Notes: generated from the letters alone by a model not told the origin. A stretch of DNA of 40,872 nt from Gammaproteobacteria bacterium (GCA_049664445.1 JBATFE010000468.1:1-40872); one strand, 5' to 3'. Shown: positions 11,680 to 21,934, counted from the stretch's first letter. Translations and numbers: made by a program.

Positions 11680-14622
11680 ATGTATGAGGATTACGAGAAG
11701 GGGGGCTCTCCTGGACAGCTAACCGAACGACAAATGTCGTCAGCCGCTACCGGTCCCTCTACCAGCGAACACCGCAGCATCAATCGTTGGCAGTTCCGTG
11801 CCGACCAGGTCCGAATGCTGTACCAGCAGGTACAGATAGAATTAATCATCAGCATGCTGTTTTCCGTCATCGTTATAACAGTGTTCTGGAACAGCATGCC
11901 GCACTCGCTCCTCATTGGCTGGGCTACCGCCGTTATTATCAGCGTTTGCATGCGCATACTGTTCATATCGGGTAATTCAACCGACAATACTGGCGACAGA
12001 ATTAACGTTTGGGGACAGCACTACATCACCGGTGCCGCAGTCTCGGGGATGTGCTGGGGAAGTCTGGGTATTATCGCTTCGATACACGGTGATCTGATAC
12101 AACAGATATTCGTTTTTGTCGTACTCGCAGCAATGTCCCTGACTGCTTTCGTTTCCATGCAATCTTCACCCAAAACCATCAGCGCCTTCGTGCTACCGAC
12201 ATTATTACCCTCAACCGCCTGGTTTTTCTATCAAGGCACTACGCTGTCACTGGCAATCGGGGCAGTTGCAATAATCTTTTCAGTGGTCATGCTGTTTTCG
12301 TCGCGCAGCATGCGCAATATTCTCGCTAAATCTTTCAGTCTTGGCTCACACAACACCGACCTCATCAAGAAGCTTGTTGTCACACGTGAATCTGCGGAAA
12401 AGTCCAGGAAGCATGCGGAGGAAATGAATCTAAAGCTTCAGGAACAAATGCAGGTAAGGCAACAGGCTGAAGAGCGAACACGCAAATCCGAGCAACGCAT
12501 GACTGCCATCTTTGACAGCATGCAGGATATCATTTACCAAACTGACATCAATGGTCGCATCCAGTGGACCACACCTTCTATAAAACAGTTACTGGGCTAT
12601 GAACCGCATGAATTGCTTGATAACAATATCAAGGACTTTTACGTATGCATCACCGAGCATGACGACCTGAAACATTCTCTGGATGTCAATTACGGTCGCT
12701 TGCAGCACTTTGAGACATGCCTGCAACACAAGGACGGCACACATATATGGATATCGGAAAACTCACACTACAACTATGACGAAAACGGTGACCCCATCGG
12801 CATAGAAGGTACCATTCGCGATATCACCGCCCTGAAGCAGGCGAAAGAAGCACTGCACCAGGAGAAAGAGCGCGCCCAGGTCACACTCGGATCAATTGGT
12901 GACGGCGTGATCACCACCGACCTGCAGGGCAACATCGAGTATATGAATACTGTTGCCGAGCAGTCGACCGGCTGGAAACTGCAGGACGCCCGCAGCAAAC
13001 CAATGTCCGAGGTATTCAGGCTTGTTGAGGAAAAATCCCTTGAATCACCGCCGGATCCCGCTGCACTCTGCCTTGAGCAGGGTAAAAGCACCATGCTTGC
13101 AGGACACCTGTTACTGCTCCACCGCTACAGAAACCAGAAACTGTCAGTCGAAGTGAACGCCTCCCCCATTCGTGATTCGAAAGCGGATATTTCCGGTGTC
13201 GTGCTGGTTTTCCATGATGTGACAGTACTGCGTGGACTTGCCAAGAAGATGTCATACCAGGCAACCCATGATTCCCTGACCGGGCTTCTGAATCGACGCG
13301 AATTCGAAAATCGGGTTACACAGGCGATTGAAAACGCACGTACCGAAGACGTACGACATGCTATTTGCTACCTGGATCTGGATAACTTCAAGGTCGTCAA
13401 TGATACCAGCGGCCACTTTGCCGGTGATGAACTGCTCAAGCAATTAACCATCAAGCTGCGCATAGAATTGCGCGAGGCGGATACCCTCGCAAGGCTGGGT
13501 GGTGATGAATTCGGCATACTCCTGGAAGGCTGTTCGCTGGAGAATGCACACGAACCAGCCGAGGCAATCAGAAAAGTCGTCGAGGACTTCAGGTTTGTCT
13601 GGGATAACAGGTCATTCAGAATTGGCGCCAGCATCGGGTTGGTCCAGATTACCCAGGACAGCGGCACACTCACCGACTTGTTAAGTGCTGCTGATTCTGC
13701 CTGCTACATAGCCAAAGAACAGGGCCGAAACCGTGTGCATGTCTATCAACCTGATGACGAGGCTGTCAGCGAGCGTCATGGCCAGATGCAATGGGTGCAG
13801 CGCATACAGGATGTCCTTGAACAGAATCGTTTCAGGCTGTTCTTTCAGCCGATCGCAAGACTTAACCGTGCTGCAGACGAGAAAAACCTGACACACGGGG
13901 AAGTTCTGCTTCGCATGCTCGATGAAAACAACAAAATAGTTGGCCCTGGATCATTTATTCCTGCTGCCGAGCGATACCAGTTGATGCCTGCAATCGATCA
14001 ATGGGTTGTAACGAATACCTTCAAGATGCTGACGCTGGACAAGAAAAAGGTTGCAGAACATGTCAGCTCCTGCTGCATCAATCTTTCAGGACAATCAATA
14101 TCCGATATCCGGTTTATGGATTTTTTGATCGGCGAAATAAATAATAGCGGGGTACAGCCGGAATTACTGGTCTTTGAAATTACCGAGACGGCTGTTATCG
14201 CAAACCTGTGCAATGCATCAAAATTAATAACTACACTACGTGAAATGGGATGCCGGTTTGCGCTGGATGATTTTGGAGTTGGCTTGAGTTCCTTCGGTTA
14301 TCTAAAAAACCTTGCCGTTGACTACCTGAAACTTGACGGCTGCTTCGTGAAAAACATGGTTGTCGATAACATTGATCAATCCATGGTGGCTGCGATCAAC
14401 CAGATTGGTCATACCATGGGCATCAAAACCATCGCTGAATTTGTTGAAGACGAGGAAACCCTCGAAGCCGTTCGCAATGTAGGTGTTGACTATGCCCAAG
14501 GCTATATCATCGCAAAACCAATACCTATTGAGCTAGCCCTGTATAGCGAACCAATTGATATCGGGACAAATGGAGAACAGCAGCAACCGGCCAGTCTCAA
14601 GACCGGATCGATAATTCACTGA
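11680..14622 (+). CDS. Membrane sensor with PAS-PAS-GGDEF-EAL domains (c-di-GMP synthase/phosphodiesterase)
   Basis: N-terminal block of about 6 TM helices, a coiled-coil linker and two PAS-like segments. RLGGDEFGILL has READ (RxxD I-site) 5 residues upstream. EAL domain motifs are QPI...GEVLLR, EITE, DDFGVGLSSFGYLK, AEFVE and QGY. The start is uncertain (TTG 11626, ATG 11680 or ATG 11734). Confidence 0.85.
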   Translation: MYEDYEKGGSPGQLTERQMSSAATGPSTSEHRSINRWQFRADQVRMLYQQVQIELIISMLFSVIVITVFWNSMPHSLLIGWATAVIISVCMRILFISGNSTDNTGDRINVWGQHYITGAAVSGMCWGSLGIIASIHGDLIQQIFVFVVLAAMSLTAFVSMQSSPKTISAFVLPTLLPSTAWFFYQGTTLSLAIGAVAIIFSVVMLFSSRSMRNILAKSFSLGSHNTDLIKKLVVTRESAEKSRKHAEEMNLKLQEQMQVRQQAEERTRKSEQRMTAIFDSMQDIIYQTDINGRIQWTTPSIKQLLGYEPHELLDNNIKDFYVCITEHDDLKHSLDVNYGRLQHFETCLQHKDGTHIWISENSHYNYDENGDPIGIEGTIRDITALKQAKEALHQEKERAQVTLGSIGDGVITTDLQGNIEYMNTVAEQSTGWKLQDARSKPMSEVFRLVEEKSLESPPDPAALCLEQGKSTMLAGHLLLLHRYRNQKLSVEVNASPIRDSKADISGVVLVFHDVTVLRGLAKKMSYQATHDSLTGLLNRREFENRVTQAIENARTEDVRHAICYLDLDNFKVVNDTSGHFAGDELLKQLTIKLRIELREADTLARLGGDEFGILLEGCSLENAHEPAEAIRKVVEDFRFVWDNRSFRIGASIGLVQITQDSGTLTDLLSAADSACYIAKEQGRNRVHVYQPDDEAVSERHGQMQWVQRIQDVLEQNRFRLFFQPIARLNRAADEKNLTHGEVLLRMLDENNKIVGPGSFIPAAERYQLMPAIDQWVVTNTFKMLTLDKKKVAEHVSSCCINLSGQSISDIRFMDFLIGEINNSGVQPELLVFEITETAVIANLCNASKLITTLREMGCRFALDDFGVGLSSFGYLKNLAVDYLKLDGCFVKNMVVDNIDQSMVAAINQIGHTMGIKTIAEFVEDEETLEAVRNVGVDYAQGYIIAKPIPIELALYSEPIDIGTNGEQQQPASLKTGSIIH

Positions 14623-15479
14623 TTTTTGTCCTCATTTTCCATGCGATCCAGCTCCGCCTCCATCTCACTATCACTCATGGGTTTGTAATGAGCGACCGAT
14701 GAATCAGCTGCATTGTCCGGCATATCCTCTCGCTGCTTAACAAACCAGCCAGAGAAATAAACCCCCAGTTCAAACAACAGCCAGACGGGTACCGCGAGCA
14801 GTGTCTGCGAAATGATATCCGGTGGCGTTAGCAGCATACCGATAACAAAGGCACCGACGATAACGTAGGGGCGTTTTTCACGTAAACCTTCCTGTGTCGC
14901 CATCCCTGTCCATACCAGCAACACAGTAAAGACCGGCACCTCGAATGCGGCACCAAAGGCGAAAAAAAGTGTTAGTACAAAATCCAGGTAACGGCTGATA
15001 TCCGTCATCACCGCGACACCTTCAGGCGCCGTCCCGGTAAAAAATGCAAAAACCAGCGGGAAGACAACAAAATATGCAAATGCCGCGCCGGCATAAAACA
15101 GCACTGTGCTTGATACCAGCAGCGGCATGGCCAGGCGCCGCTCGTGCCTGTACAGGCCAGGCGCCACAAATGACCACAGCTGATATAGCACGTAGGGTAT
15201 CGCGATAAACAGCGCCAGGAAGAGTGTCAATTTAAACGGTATTAGAAAGGGCGACGCCACTTCAATGGCAATCATGCTACTGTCATCCGGCAAGTGTGCC
15301 ATCAGGGGGCCTGACAATACGGAAAACAGGGTATTGGAAAACGGCACCAGCGCGATAAAAACCACACCAACCACCAGCACAACACGCAACAAGCGGTCAC
15401 GCAATTCAATAAGGTGATATATAAGTGGTTGTTCAGTGTCGTCTGACAACGCCGTGTCCTGATTATTTTTCTTTGTCAT
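14616..15479 (-). CDS. tatC: Twin-arginine translocase subunit TatC
   Basis: LIYHLIELRDRLLRVVL... followed by 6 TM helices typical of TatC. The ATG at 15479 lies inside the tatB stop region. The ORF-track extension to 15575 overlaps tatB and was rejected. Confidence 0.9.
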   Translation of the reverse strand: MTKKNNQDTALSDDTEQPLIYHLIELRDRLLRVVLVVGVVFIALVPFSNTLFSVLSGPLMAHLPDDSSMIAIEVASPFLIPFKLTLFLALFIAIPYVLYQLWSFVAPGLYRHERRLAMPLLVSSTVLFYAGAAFAYFVVFPLVFAFFTGTAPEGVAVMTDISRYLDFVLTLFFAFGAAFEVPVFTVLLVWTGMATQEGLREKRPYVIVGAFVIGMLLTPPDIISQTLLAVPVWLLFELGVYFSGWFVKQREDMPDNAADSSVAHYKPMSDSEMEAELDRMENEDKNQ

Positions 15480-15816
15480 CAGCGTCCGGTGTGTCAGCAG
15501 GCTTGTCATTACGTTCGTCAGCCAGCTTGTTTTCCGCCGGGCCTGGTTGGCTCTCCTTTGCCGCGAGCGGGGCACCGCTTACTTCATCGATCAATTCTTC
15601 AAGTTCAGGAACCGATGCCTGTTTAGCCAGCACCTTCTTGAGTTCTTCCGTTGCCAGTTCCTGGTCAATATCCGCCTTGACAGAAGCAACAAAGCCGCGC
15701 ATCTTTCCGACCCATAACCCGGCTGTTCGTGCAATCCGCGGCAACCTTTCCGGTCCCACGACCAGCAGGGTTATCACCAGGATAAATATGATTTCCCAAA
15801 ATCCGATATCAAACAT
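15463..15816 (-). CDS. tatB: Twin-arginine translocase subunit TatB
   Basis: MFDIGFWEIIFILVITLLVVGPERLPRIARTAGLWVGKMR is the canonical TatB N-terminus. The gene lies between tatA and tatC. Confidence 0.9.
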   Translation of the reverse strand: MFDIGFWEIIFILVITLLVVGPERLPRIARTAGLWVGKMRGFVASVKADIDQELATEELKKVLAKQASVPELEELIDEVSGAPLAAKESQPGPAENKLADERNDKPADTPDADDKEK

Positions 15817-15850
15817 GAGAACAGCGTCAGGCCGGGTGCACTGATAAAAC

Positions 15851-16081
15851 CTACAGCTTGTCCTTCTTGCGGCTGGTCACCTCGCCATCGATGACGCTGC
15901 CTTCATCCTTGTCATCCAGTGATTTCTTGTCACCGGTCTCCTCTTCACCTTCGCTCATCGACTGCTTGAATCCCTTGATGGCACCACCCAGGTCAGAGCC
16001 AATATTCCGCAATCGCTTGGCACCAAAGAGCACCAGCACGATGGCCAGAATAATCAATAATTGCCAGATACTTATACCCAT
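15851..16081 (-). CDS. tatA: Twin-arginine translocase subunit TatA
   Basis: [42 protein letters not shown] is the canonical TatA/E N-terminus. Confidence 0.9.
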   Translation of the reverse strand: MGISIWQLLIILAIVLVLFGAKRLRNIGSDLGGAIKGFKQSMSEGEEETGDKKSLDDKDEGSVIDGEVTSRKKDKL

Positions 16082-16121
16082 AATAATTCTCCATCTGTGC
16101 TAACACAGCAACTGTAAATAC

Positions 16122-16445
16122 CTATGTTCGATTGTTTCTTGATGCCTTTTCCTCAAGCCCGGACAGATTGAAACGCCGCTCCAGCTCTGACAACACATCC
16201 TCCGGGCCCAGTCCACGCGCAGACAACATCACCAGCGTGTGAAACCACAGGTCGGCAGTTTCATAAACCAGCTGTGAATCGTCTTCATCCTTTGCCGCAA
16301 CGATTGTTTCCGTTGCTTCCTCCCCCACCTTTTTGAGGATGCCGTTCATGCCTTTGGCAAACAGACTGGCAACATAGGAAGAGTCGGCATTTGCTGTCTT
16401 TCTCGATTCAATCACCGCAGCCAGTCTTTTCAATATATCACTCAT
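16122..16445 (-). CDS. hisE: Phosphoribosyl-ATP pyrophosphatase
   Basis: [10 protein letters not shown]...[15 protein letters not shown]...[13 protein letters not shown] is the HisE signature. The gene is in the his cluster. Confidence 0.9.
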   Translation of the reverse strand: MSDILKRLAAVIESRKTANADSSYVASLFAKGMNGILKKVGEEATETIVAAKDEDDSQLVYETADLWFHTLVMLSARGLGPEDVLSELERRFNLSGLEEKASRNNRT

Positions 16446-16460
16446 GTTACAGACCCGTTA

Positions 16461-16856
16461 TCAGCCTTTCCCGTAAATTGCAGCAGGTTCTTTCAGCACC
16501 GGCTCAACTGTCACCCAGCAGCCATCTTCCAGACGCTGATAAAAACAACTGCGTCTCCCGGTGTGACAGGCAATGCCGCCCTGCTGTTCAACCTGTAACA
16601 CCACGACATCATTATCACAGTCCAGCCGGATTTCCCGGACGATCTGCTGGTGGCCGGATTCTTCACCCTTATGCCAGAGTTTTTTCCGGGAACGGGACCA
16701 GTAGACGGCCTTGCCATCCTGCGCTGTCAGCATCAGCGCCTCGCGATTCATCCATGCCATCATCAGGATCTTGCCGTCACCCGCGTCCTGCGCAACGGCC
16801 GGTACCAGTCCATCGTCTGTCCATTTGACGGCGTCCAGCCAGGCCTCGCTATACAT
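16461..16856 (-). CDS. hisI: Phosphoribosyl-AMP cyclohydrolase
   Basis: GLVPAVAQD...[12 protein letters not shown]...YWSRSR.KLWHKGE.SGH...DCD.D..VL.VEQ.GG.ACHTG.RSCF is the HisI signature. Confidence 0.9.
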   Translation of the reverse strand: MYSEAWLDAVKWTDDGLVPAVAQDAGDGKILMMAWMNREALMLTAQDGKAVYWSRSRKKLWHKGEESGHQQIVREIRLDCDNDVVVLQVEQQGGIACHTGRRSCFYQRLEDGCWVTVEPVLKEPAAIYGKG

Positions 16857-16901
16857 GTGTGTCTGTCTCCACCTTGATCAAAAGCAGCCACGGCAATGCG
16901 G

Positions 16902-17675
16902 CTATAACCTTACCTCGATACCCCGTGCAGCCATATGCTGCTTGGCTTCGCCAATAGTGTACTCGCCGAAATGAAAGATACTGGCTGCCAGCACCGCGTC
17001 GGCCTTGCCCTCAATTACACCTTCCGCAAGGTGTTCCAGCGTACCCACACCACCCGAGGCAATAACCGGTACGCCTACCGCGTCACTAATGGTGCGTGTC
17101 AACTCGATATCAAATCCATCACGGGTTCCATCACGGTCCATGCTCGTCAGGAGGATTTCCCCAGCCCCGTATGCAACCATACGTTGCGCCCACTCAACCG
17201 CATCGATACCGGTGGGCTTGCGTCCACCGTGTGTAAATATTTCCCAGCGTGATGCCTGATCACCGCTGCTGACCCGCTTGGCATCGATGGCAACAACGAT
17301 ACACTGGGAACCAAAACGGTCTGCCGCCTGTTTCACAAACTCCGGATTGAACACCGCCGCAGTATTGATGCCAACCTTATCCGCGCCCGCATTCAGCATG
17401 CGCTGGATATCAGCAACCTCGCGAATGCCACCACCAACCGTCAACGGTATGAAAACCTCGCCGGCAACCTCTTCAACCACATGCACCATGGTCTCACGCT
17501 GATCAGAACTCGCTGTGATATCGAGGAATGTCAGTTCATCAGCGCCTTCCTCGTCATAACGCCGCGCTATTTCCACCGGGTCACCGGCATCACGAATATC
17601 GACGAACTGTACTCCCTTGACGACACGGCCGGCATCGACATCCATACAGGGAATGATACGTTTTGCGAGGCCCAT
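16902..17675 (-). CDS. hisF: Imidazole glycerol phosphate synthase cyclase subunit
   Basis: [25 protein letters not shown]...[13 protein letters not shown]... is the HisF signature, and the length (257 aa) fits. Confidence 0.95.
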   Translation of the reverse strand: MGLAKRIIPCMDVDAGRVVKGVQFVDIRDAGDPVEIARRYDEEGADELTFLDITASSDQRETMVHVVEEVAGEVFIPLTVGGGIREVADIQRMLNAGADKVGINTAAVFNPEFVKQAADRFGSQCIVVAIDAKRVSSGDQASRWEIFTHGGRKPTGIDAVEWAQRMVAYGAGEILLTSMDRDGTRDGFDIELTRTISDAVGVPVIASGGVGTLEHLAEGVIEGKADAVLAASIFHFGEYTIGEAKQHMAARGIEVRL

Positions 17676-17683
17676 TATTTATC

Positions 17684-18433
17684 TCAGCCTGATCCGGTGC
17701 CGCACAGTTCATCAGCCAGCTGTTGCGCGGCCGCGAGGTCCAGCGTCCCTTCATATATTGCACGGCCGGTAATCGCACCCATGATGCCCTCATCGGACAC
17801 GGCACATAATGCCCGTACATCGTCGATATCAGTGATGCCACCGGAGGCGATAACCGGGATATGAATGGCCTGTGCCAGCTCTACCGTTGAATCCACGTTG
17901 ACACCGCTCATCATGCCATCACGGCCGATATCGGTGAACACAATCGCCTCCACGCCGTCCTGTTCGAAGCGCTGTGCCATATCGATTACGGAATGATGAG
18001 ACAGCTTTGACCAGCCCTCTATTGCCACCTTGCCGTCTTTTGCATCCAGACCCACGATAATATGGCCGGGAAACTCGAGACACAGGTCATTGACGAAGTG
18101 CGGCGCACTGACGGCCTTGGTACCGATAATGACATACTGGACACCGGCATCAAGATAGGCCTGCACCGTTTCCTCATCACGGATACCCCCACCGACCTGA
18201 ATGGGAAGATCAGGGAAGGCCTCCGCGACCGCCTTGATCGCAAATGCATTGACCGGCTTGCCTTGAAAAGCGCCGTTCAGATCGACCATGTGCAAACGGC
18301 GCGCACCCGCATCTACCCAGCGCTGCGCCACTTCAACAGGGTCATCACCAAACACAGTTTCATCTTCCATACGGCCCTGGCGCAAACGCACACACTTGCC
18401 ATCCTTCAGATCAATCGCGGGTATCAACAACAT
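17684..18433 (-). CDS. hisA: ProFAR isomerase (1-(5-phosphoribosyl)-5-[(5-phosphoribosylamino)methylideneamino]imidazole-4-carboxamide isomerase)
   Basis: [22 protein letters not shown]...HMVDLNGA...VQVGGGIR is the HisA signature. Confidence 0.95.
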   Translation of the reverse strand: MLLIPAIDLKDGKCVRLRQGRMEDETVFGDDPVEVAQRWVDAGARRLHMVDLNGAFQGKPVNAFAIKAVAEAFPDLPIQVGGGIRDEETVQAYLDAGVQYVIIGTKAVSAPHFVNDLCLEFPGHIIVGLDAKDGKVAIEGWSKLSHHSVIDMAQRFEQDGVEAIVFTDIGRDGMMSGVNVDSTVELAQAIHIPVIASGGITDIDDVRALCAVSDEGIMGAITGRAIYEGTLDLAAAQQLADELCGTGSG

Positions 18434-18436
18434 CTT

Positions 18437-19084
18437 TCAGGCGTCTCCATTCCAACGAACAAAATTTGATAACAGCTGCAATCCGGCGTGCTGACTCTTC
18501 TCCGGGTGAAACTGCACGGCGAAAATATTCTGACGCGCAAGCACAGAGGCAAACTGTATGCCGTAGGGTGTCATTGCAGCGACATCTTCCTCACGTTCAG
18601 GTAGCGCGTAGTAACTGTGGACGAAATAAAAACGGCTATCCGTGGGGATATCGGCCCACATGGCATGCTCGCCCTGCTGATGCACCTGGTTCCAGCCCAT
18701 GTGCGGTATCTTGAGGCGGTTTCCCGTTGCATCGTCGAGCATGTCATCGGCGAAGTGTACGACTTTTCCGGGGATGAGGCCGAGGCATTCTGTTCCCTGG
18801 TTCTCCTCGCTGATATCCAGCAACGCCTGCATGCCCAGACAGACACCAAGCAGTGGTTTTGCAGCGGCAGCCTGTGTAACGACGTCATCCAGCCCGCTGC
18901 GCTTGAGTTCGGTCATGCAATCACGGATTGCACCAACGCCCGGGAACACCACACGGTCAGCAGCAAGAATTTGTTCGCGCTGACTGCTGACGATAACGCG
19001 CTCCTTGCCGGCAACATGCTCCAGCGCCTTGGCAATGGAATGCAGGTTACCCATGCCATAGTCAATAATCGCGATACTGCTCAT
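18437..19084 (-). CDS. hisH: Imidazole glycerol phosphate synthase glutamine amidotransferase subunit
   Basis: IAIIDYGMGNLHSIAKALEH...FPGVGA...LGVCLGMQ...FVHSY...QFHPEKS is the HisH signature. Confidence 0.95.
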   Translation of the reverse strand: MSSIAIIDYGMGNLHSIAKALEHVAGKERVIVSSQREQILAADRVVFPGVGAIRDCMTELKRSGLDDVVTQAAAAKPLLGVCLGMQALLDISEENQGTECLGLIPGKVVHFADDMLDDATGNRLKIPHMGWNQVHQQGEHAMWADIPTDSRFYFVHSYYALPEREEDVAAMTPYGIQFASVLARQNIFAVQFHPEKSQHAGLQLLSNFVRWNGDA

Positions 19085-19136
19085 AGTGGATCAACACGTC
19101 ATAACAGCGGCCATGCGGCCTGATCATCAGGTCTGT

Positions 19137-19730
19137 TTAAAGGCTTCCCTTGGTCGAAGGCATCTGGTTTCCGAGGGCTGCATCCGCTGCAAGCGCCATG
19201 CGCATGGCCCGCCCGAAGGCCTTGAAAATCGTCTCGGCAATATGATGTGCATTGTCACCTCGCAGACAGTCAATGTGTAATGTGACCATTGCGTGATTAC
19301 AGAATCCCTGAAAAAACTCGTGCAGCAGATCCACATCAAAGTCACCAATGCGTGCCCGGGGATACTCGGCATGGTATTCAAGTCCCGGGCGCCCGGAGAA
19401 GTCAATGACAACCCGCGACAAGGCTTCGTCAAGCGGGACATAGGCATGACCGTAACGGCGGATACCACGTTTGTCGGACAGTGCCCTGGCAACCGCCTGG
19501 CCGAGGGTAATGCCGATATCTTCAACCGTGTGGTGGCCATCGATATGCAGGTCACCCTGCGCCCTGATTTCGATGTCCAGCATACCGTGGCGCGCCACCT
19601 GGTCGAGCATGTGTTCAAGAAACGGCAGGCCGGTGTCAAAAGTGGCGCTCCCCGTTCCATCAAGGTTTACAGAGACACTGATTTGCGTTTCCAGTGTGTC
19701 GCGGCTAACGACCGCCTGTCGCTGTGACAT
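19137..19730 (-). CDS. hisB: Imidazoleglycerol-phosphate dehydratase
   Basis: [18 protein letters not shown]...[17 protein letters not shown]...[15 protein letters not shown]...GDNAHHIAE is the monofunctional HisB signature. Confidence 0.95.
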   Translation of the reverse strand: MSQRQAVVSRDTLETQISVSVNLDGTGSATFDTGLPFLEHMLDQVARHGMLDIEIRAQGDLHIDGHHTVEDIGITLGQAVARALSDKRGIRRYGHAYVPLDEALSRVVIDFSGRPGLEYHAEYPRARIGDFDVDLLHEFFQGFCNHAMVTLHIDCLRGDNAHHIAETIFKAFGRAMRMALAADAALGNQMPSTKGSL

Positions 19731-19798
19731 AATAAATTACCATTTAAAAATAGATAGTTGCCTGAAATTTGCCGCTATGCAACAACTATATTAACAGG

Positions 19799-20248
19799 TT
19801 ACTGCCGAGGATTAACCTCCAGCCAGAAAGTTACCGGTCCATCATTCAGCAAGGAAACCTGCATATCTTCACCGAATCGTCCAGCCGCCACCGTAAGGGG
19901 CTGTAATTGCGCCTGTGCCAGCAAACAGGAAAACAAACGCTGTCCCACTGCAGGACTGGCCGCCGTGGAAAAACCGGGACGCATGCCGTTACGGGTATCG
20001 GCCGCCAGCGTGAACTGCGGTACCAGCAGTAATTCTCCACCGGCCTGTTTGATATTCAGGTTCATCCTGCCGCTGGCATCTGCAAATATCCGGTATCCGA
20101 GCAAGCGCTCCAGCAAACGCCCGGCCGTGTCCTCGTTATCACCATGCTGTATCCCGACCAGTACCAGCATGCCTGCGCCTATTGCCGCAATACGTTCAGT
20201 GCCTATCTCGACCTGTGCATGTCGCACACGCTGCAACAAGCCAATCAT
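19799..20248 (-). CDS. dtd: D-aminoacyl-tRNA deacylase
   Basis: MIGLLQRVRHAQVEI...GAGMLVLVGI...LGYRIFAD..GRMNLN....GGELLLVPQFTLAADTRNGMRP.F...A.P......DMQVSLLNDGPVTFWLEV aligns along its whole length with E. coli Dtd. The ATG at 20248 overlaps the pip stop (ATGA). The longer ORF-track start was rejected. Confidence 0.9.
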   Translation of the reverse strand: MIGLLQRVRHAQVEIGTERIAAIGAGMLVLVGIQHGDNEDTAGRLLERLLGYRIFADASGRMNLNIKQAGGELLLVPQFTLAADTRNGMRPGFSTAASPAVGQRLFSCLLAQAQLQPLTVAAGRFGEDMQVSLLNDGPVTFWLEVNPRQ

Positions 20249-21195
20249 CGAAACCGCAGCGCAAACTGGTCGGTGGCCGTCAGCAATGCATCGACAATCC
20301 CGGGCTCTGTTGCTGAATGGCCGGCATCCTGAATAATCTGCAGACGCGACTGTGGCCACGACTGGTTCAGCATCCATGCCTGTTCCAGCGGGCAAACGAC
20401 ATCGTAGCGACCATGCACAATGACACCGGGAATCTTTTTCAATCGAGTTGCATCTCTCAGGATCTGATTCGTCTGCAGAAAACTGTCATTCATGAAGTAG
20501 TGACACTCAATGCGCGCCAGGCTTAATGCCGTTTTCGAATTGCCAAAATGATCGACAACCGCGGCTTTGGGCAACAGCGTTGAAGCGCGCCCTTCCCATA
20601 ACGACCAGGCCTTGGCAGCCGCCATCTTTGCTATCTCGTCATCACCCGTGAGACGGCGATAATAGGCACTGACCATGTCATGCCGCTCCGCTTCCGCTAT
20701 CGGTTTGAGGAACTCCTGCCACTGGTCCGGCAACAGGTACGATGCACCCTCCTGGTAAAACCAGTGAATATCGCGCGGCCGGCAAAGAAAGATTCCGCGC
20801 AGAATCAGTCCCAGTACATTTTCAGGATGTTTCTCGGCATACACCAGACCCAGCGTTGATCCCCATGAGCCGCCAAATACCACCCAGCGGTCGATATCCA
20901 GAGTTGTACGAATTATCTCCATATCAGAGACCAGCGCCTGCGTGGTATTACCCTGCAACGAGGCGTGTGGAGTCGAGCGACCGCAACCACGCTGATCAAA
21001 CAGCACTATCCGGTAAACCTCCGGATTAAAAAATTGCCGGTGATAGCTTTCGCAGGCTGCGCCAGGGCCGCCGTGCACAAAGACAACGGGCAATCCATCT
21101 GCCCGGCCGCATTCCTCGACATACAGACGATGCCCGTCTGATACAGACACGGTATGTACCCTGTAAGGCTTAATGGGTGGATAAAACTGTTGCAT
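20245..21195 (-). CDS. pip: Prolyl aminopeptidase (proline iminopeptidase)
   Basis: Alpha/beta hydrolase with VVFVHGGPGA, FDQRGCGRS and GGSWGSTL (nucleophile elbow), typical of Pip. Confidence 0.85.
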   Translation of the reverse strand: MQQFYPPIKPYRVHTVSVSDGHRLYVEECGRADGLPVVFVHGGPGAACESYHRQFFNPEVYRIVLFDQRGCGRSTPHASLQGNTTQALVSDMEIIRTTLDIDRWVVFGGSWGSTLGLVYAEKHPENVLGLILRGIFLCRPRDIHWFYQEGASYLLPDQWQEFLKPIAEAERHDMVSAYYRRLTGDDEIAKMAAAKAWSLWEGRASTLLPKAAVVDHFGNSKTALSLARIECHYFMNDSFLQTNQILRDATRLKKIPGVIVHGRYDVVCPLEQAWMLNQSWPQSRLQIIQDAGHSATEPGIVDALLTATDQFALRFR

Positions 21196-21224
21196 ATGTT
21201 GTTAAAAACCCTGCTTGTGGAAAG

Positions 21225-21257
21225 CTCAAAACAAAGGGCGTGCAATTGCACGCCCTT
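21225..21257 (-). terminator. Rho-independent terminator downstream of the DsrE-like gene
   Basis: Perfect palindromic hairpin GGGCGTGCAATTGCACGCCC (21236-21255), followed on the minus strand by TTTGTTTTG. A second 9-bp hairpin, CTGATACAA-GCTGG-TTGTATCAG, lies at 21277-21299. Confidence 0.65.
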
Positions 21258-21325
21258 CATGAGTTCCAGACCGGCCCTGATACAAGCTGGTTGTATCAGT
21301 TGCTAGCCGTCAAAATCGCCCGCTG

Positions 21326-21934
21326 CTAGATGAACAGGCAAACGTCTGACTTCTGTGCAACCGGCAGGAACGAGGTGGCGCCGACGAAGTCAGTGACCTC
21401 CGGTATAAACTCACTGGCATCGAAACCGAAAACATCAACGGTCATCTGGCAGGCAACCATTTTCACCTCTGCTTCCAGACACAGGCTGCGCAATTCCTCT
21501 ACCGTTGCCACACCCTTGTTCTTGAAGGTCTTCTTCATCAGCCCGGTGGCGACATTCTCGAATCCCGGAACACCCGCCATAAGCAGGTTCGGCATCGGCC
21601 AGTTGAAATCCTGAAACCACTTCGGGCCAAACGGCATCTTCATCGGCATTGCCGGGTTACCCAGCGGACTGACCTTGGCGTCAAGATCCTTTTTCAGCAA
21701 CAGCAGGCCGTAGAAAGTAAAGAACACCTCAACTTCCCAGCCAAGCGCGGCAGCAGTCGATGCCAGGATAAAGGGCGGGTAGGCCCAGTCCAGCGTTCCC
21801 TTGGTAGCGATGATGGACATGGACGGTGTCCGGGACGCATCGATTTGTTCCAGTTTTCCTGGTAACAATTCATCCAGCTTCTTGTCCAGCCAAGCGTCCA
21901 GTTGTGCATTGTCCGGCATGTTTTCTGTTGACAT
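21326..21934 (-). CDS. DsrE/DsrF-like family protein (sulfur-relay/peroxiredoxin-like, COG2210-type)
   Basis: MSIIATKGTLDWAYPPFILASTAAALGWEVEVFFTFYGLLLLKKD and a C-terminal ACQMTVDVFG are typical of the two-lobed DsrE-like proteins found next to rhodaneses. GAGGAG lies 8 nt upstream. Confidence 0.7.
   Translation of the reverse strand: MSTENMPDNAQLDAWLDKKLDELLPGKLEQIDASRTPSMSIIATKGTLDWAYPPFILASTAAALGWEVEVFFTFYGLLLLKKDLDAKVSPLGNPAMPMKMPFGPKWFQDFNWPMPNLLMAGVPGFENVATGLMKKTFKNKGVATVEELRSLCLEAEVKMVACQMTVDVFGFDASEFIPEVTDFVGATSFLPVAQKSDVCLFI

Noticed and set aside
15480-15575. Upstream extension of tatC, and similar extensions of dtd (to 20395), def (to 33898) and the rhodanese gene (to 22605).
   Set aside because: The extensions overlap the preceding gene or lack similarity to the family N-terminus. 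Internal ATGs give canonical N-termini and, where visible, have better RBSs.
19731-19798. Possible hairpin or attenuator between dtd and hisB (ATAGTTG...CAACTAT followed by a T-rich run on the minus strand).
   Set aside because: The stem is imperfect and short, and the T-run is interrupted. It could be a weak terminator for dtd, but the evidence is not enough to annotate it.
16391-20336. Many long ORFs antisense to or overlapping the his genes, hisB and dtd, for example 16391-16828, 17481-17864, 18062-18469, 18617-19123, 19127-19663, 19293-19727 and 19758-20336.
   Set aside because: Each lies entirely within, or opposite, a gene whose product aligns end to end with a well-known enzyme. Their translations are Arg-, Ser- and Pro-rich low-complexity strings typical of off-frame reading of GC-rich coding DNA.
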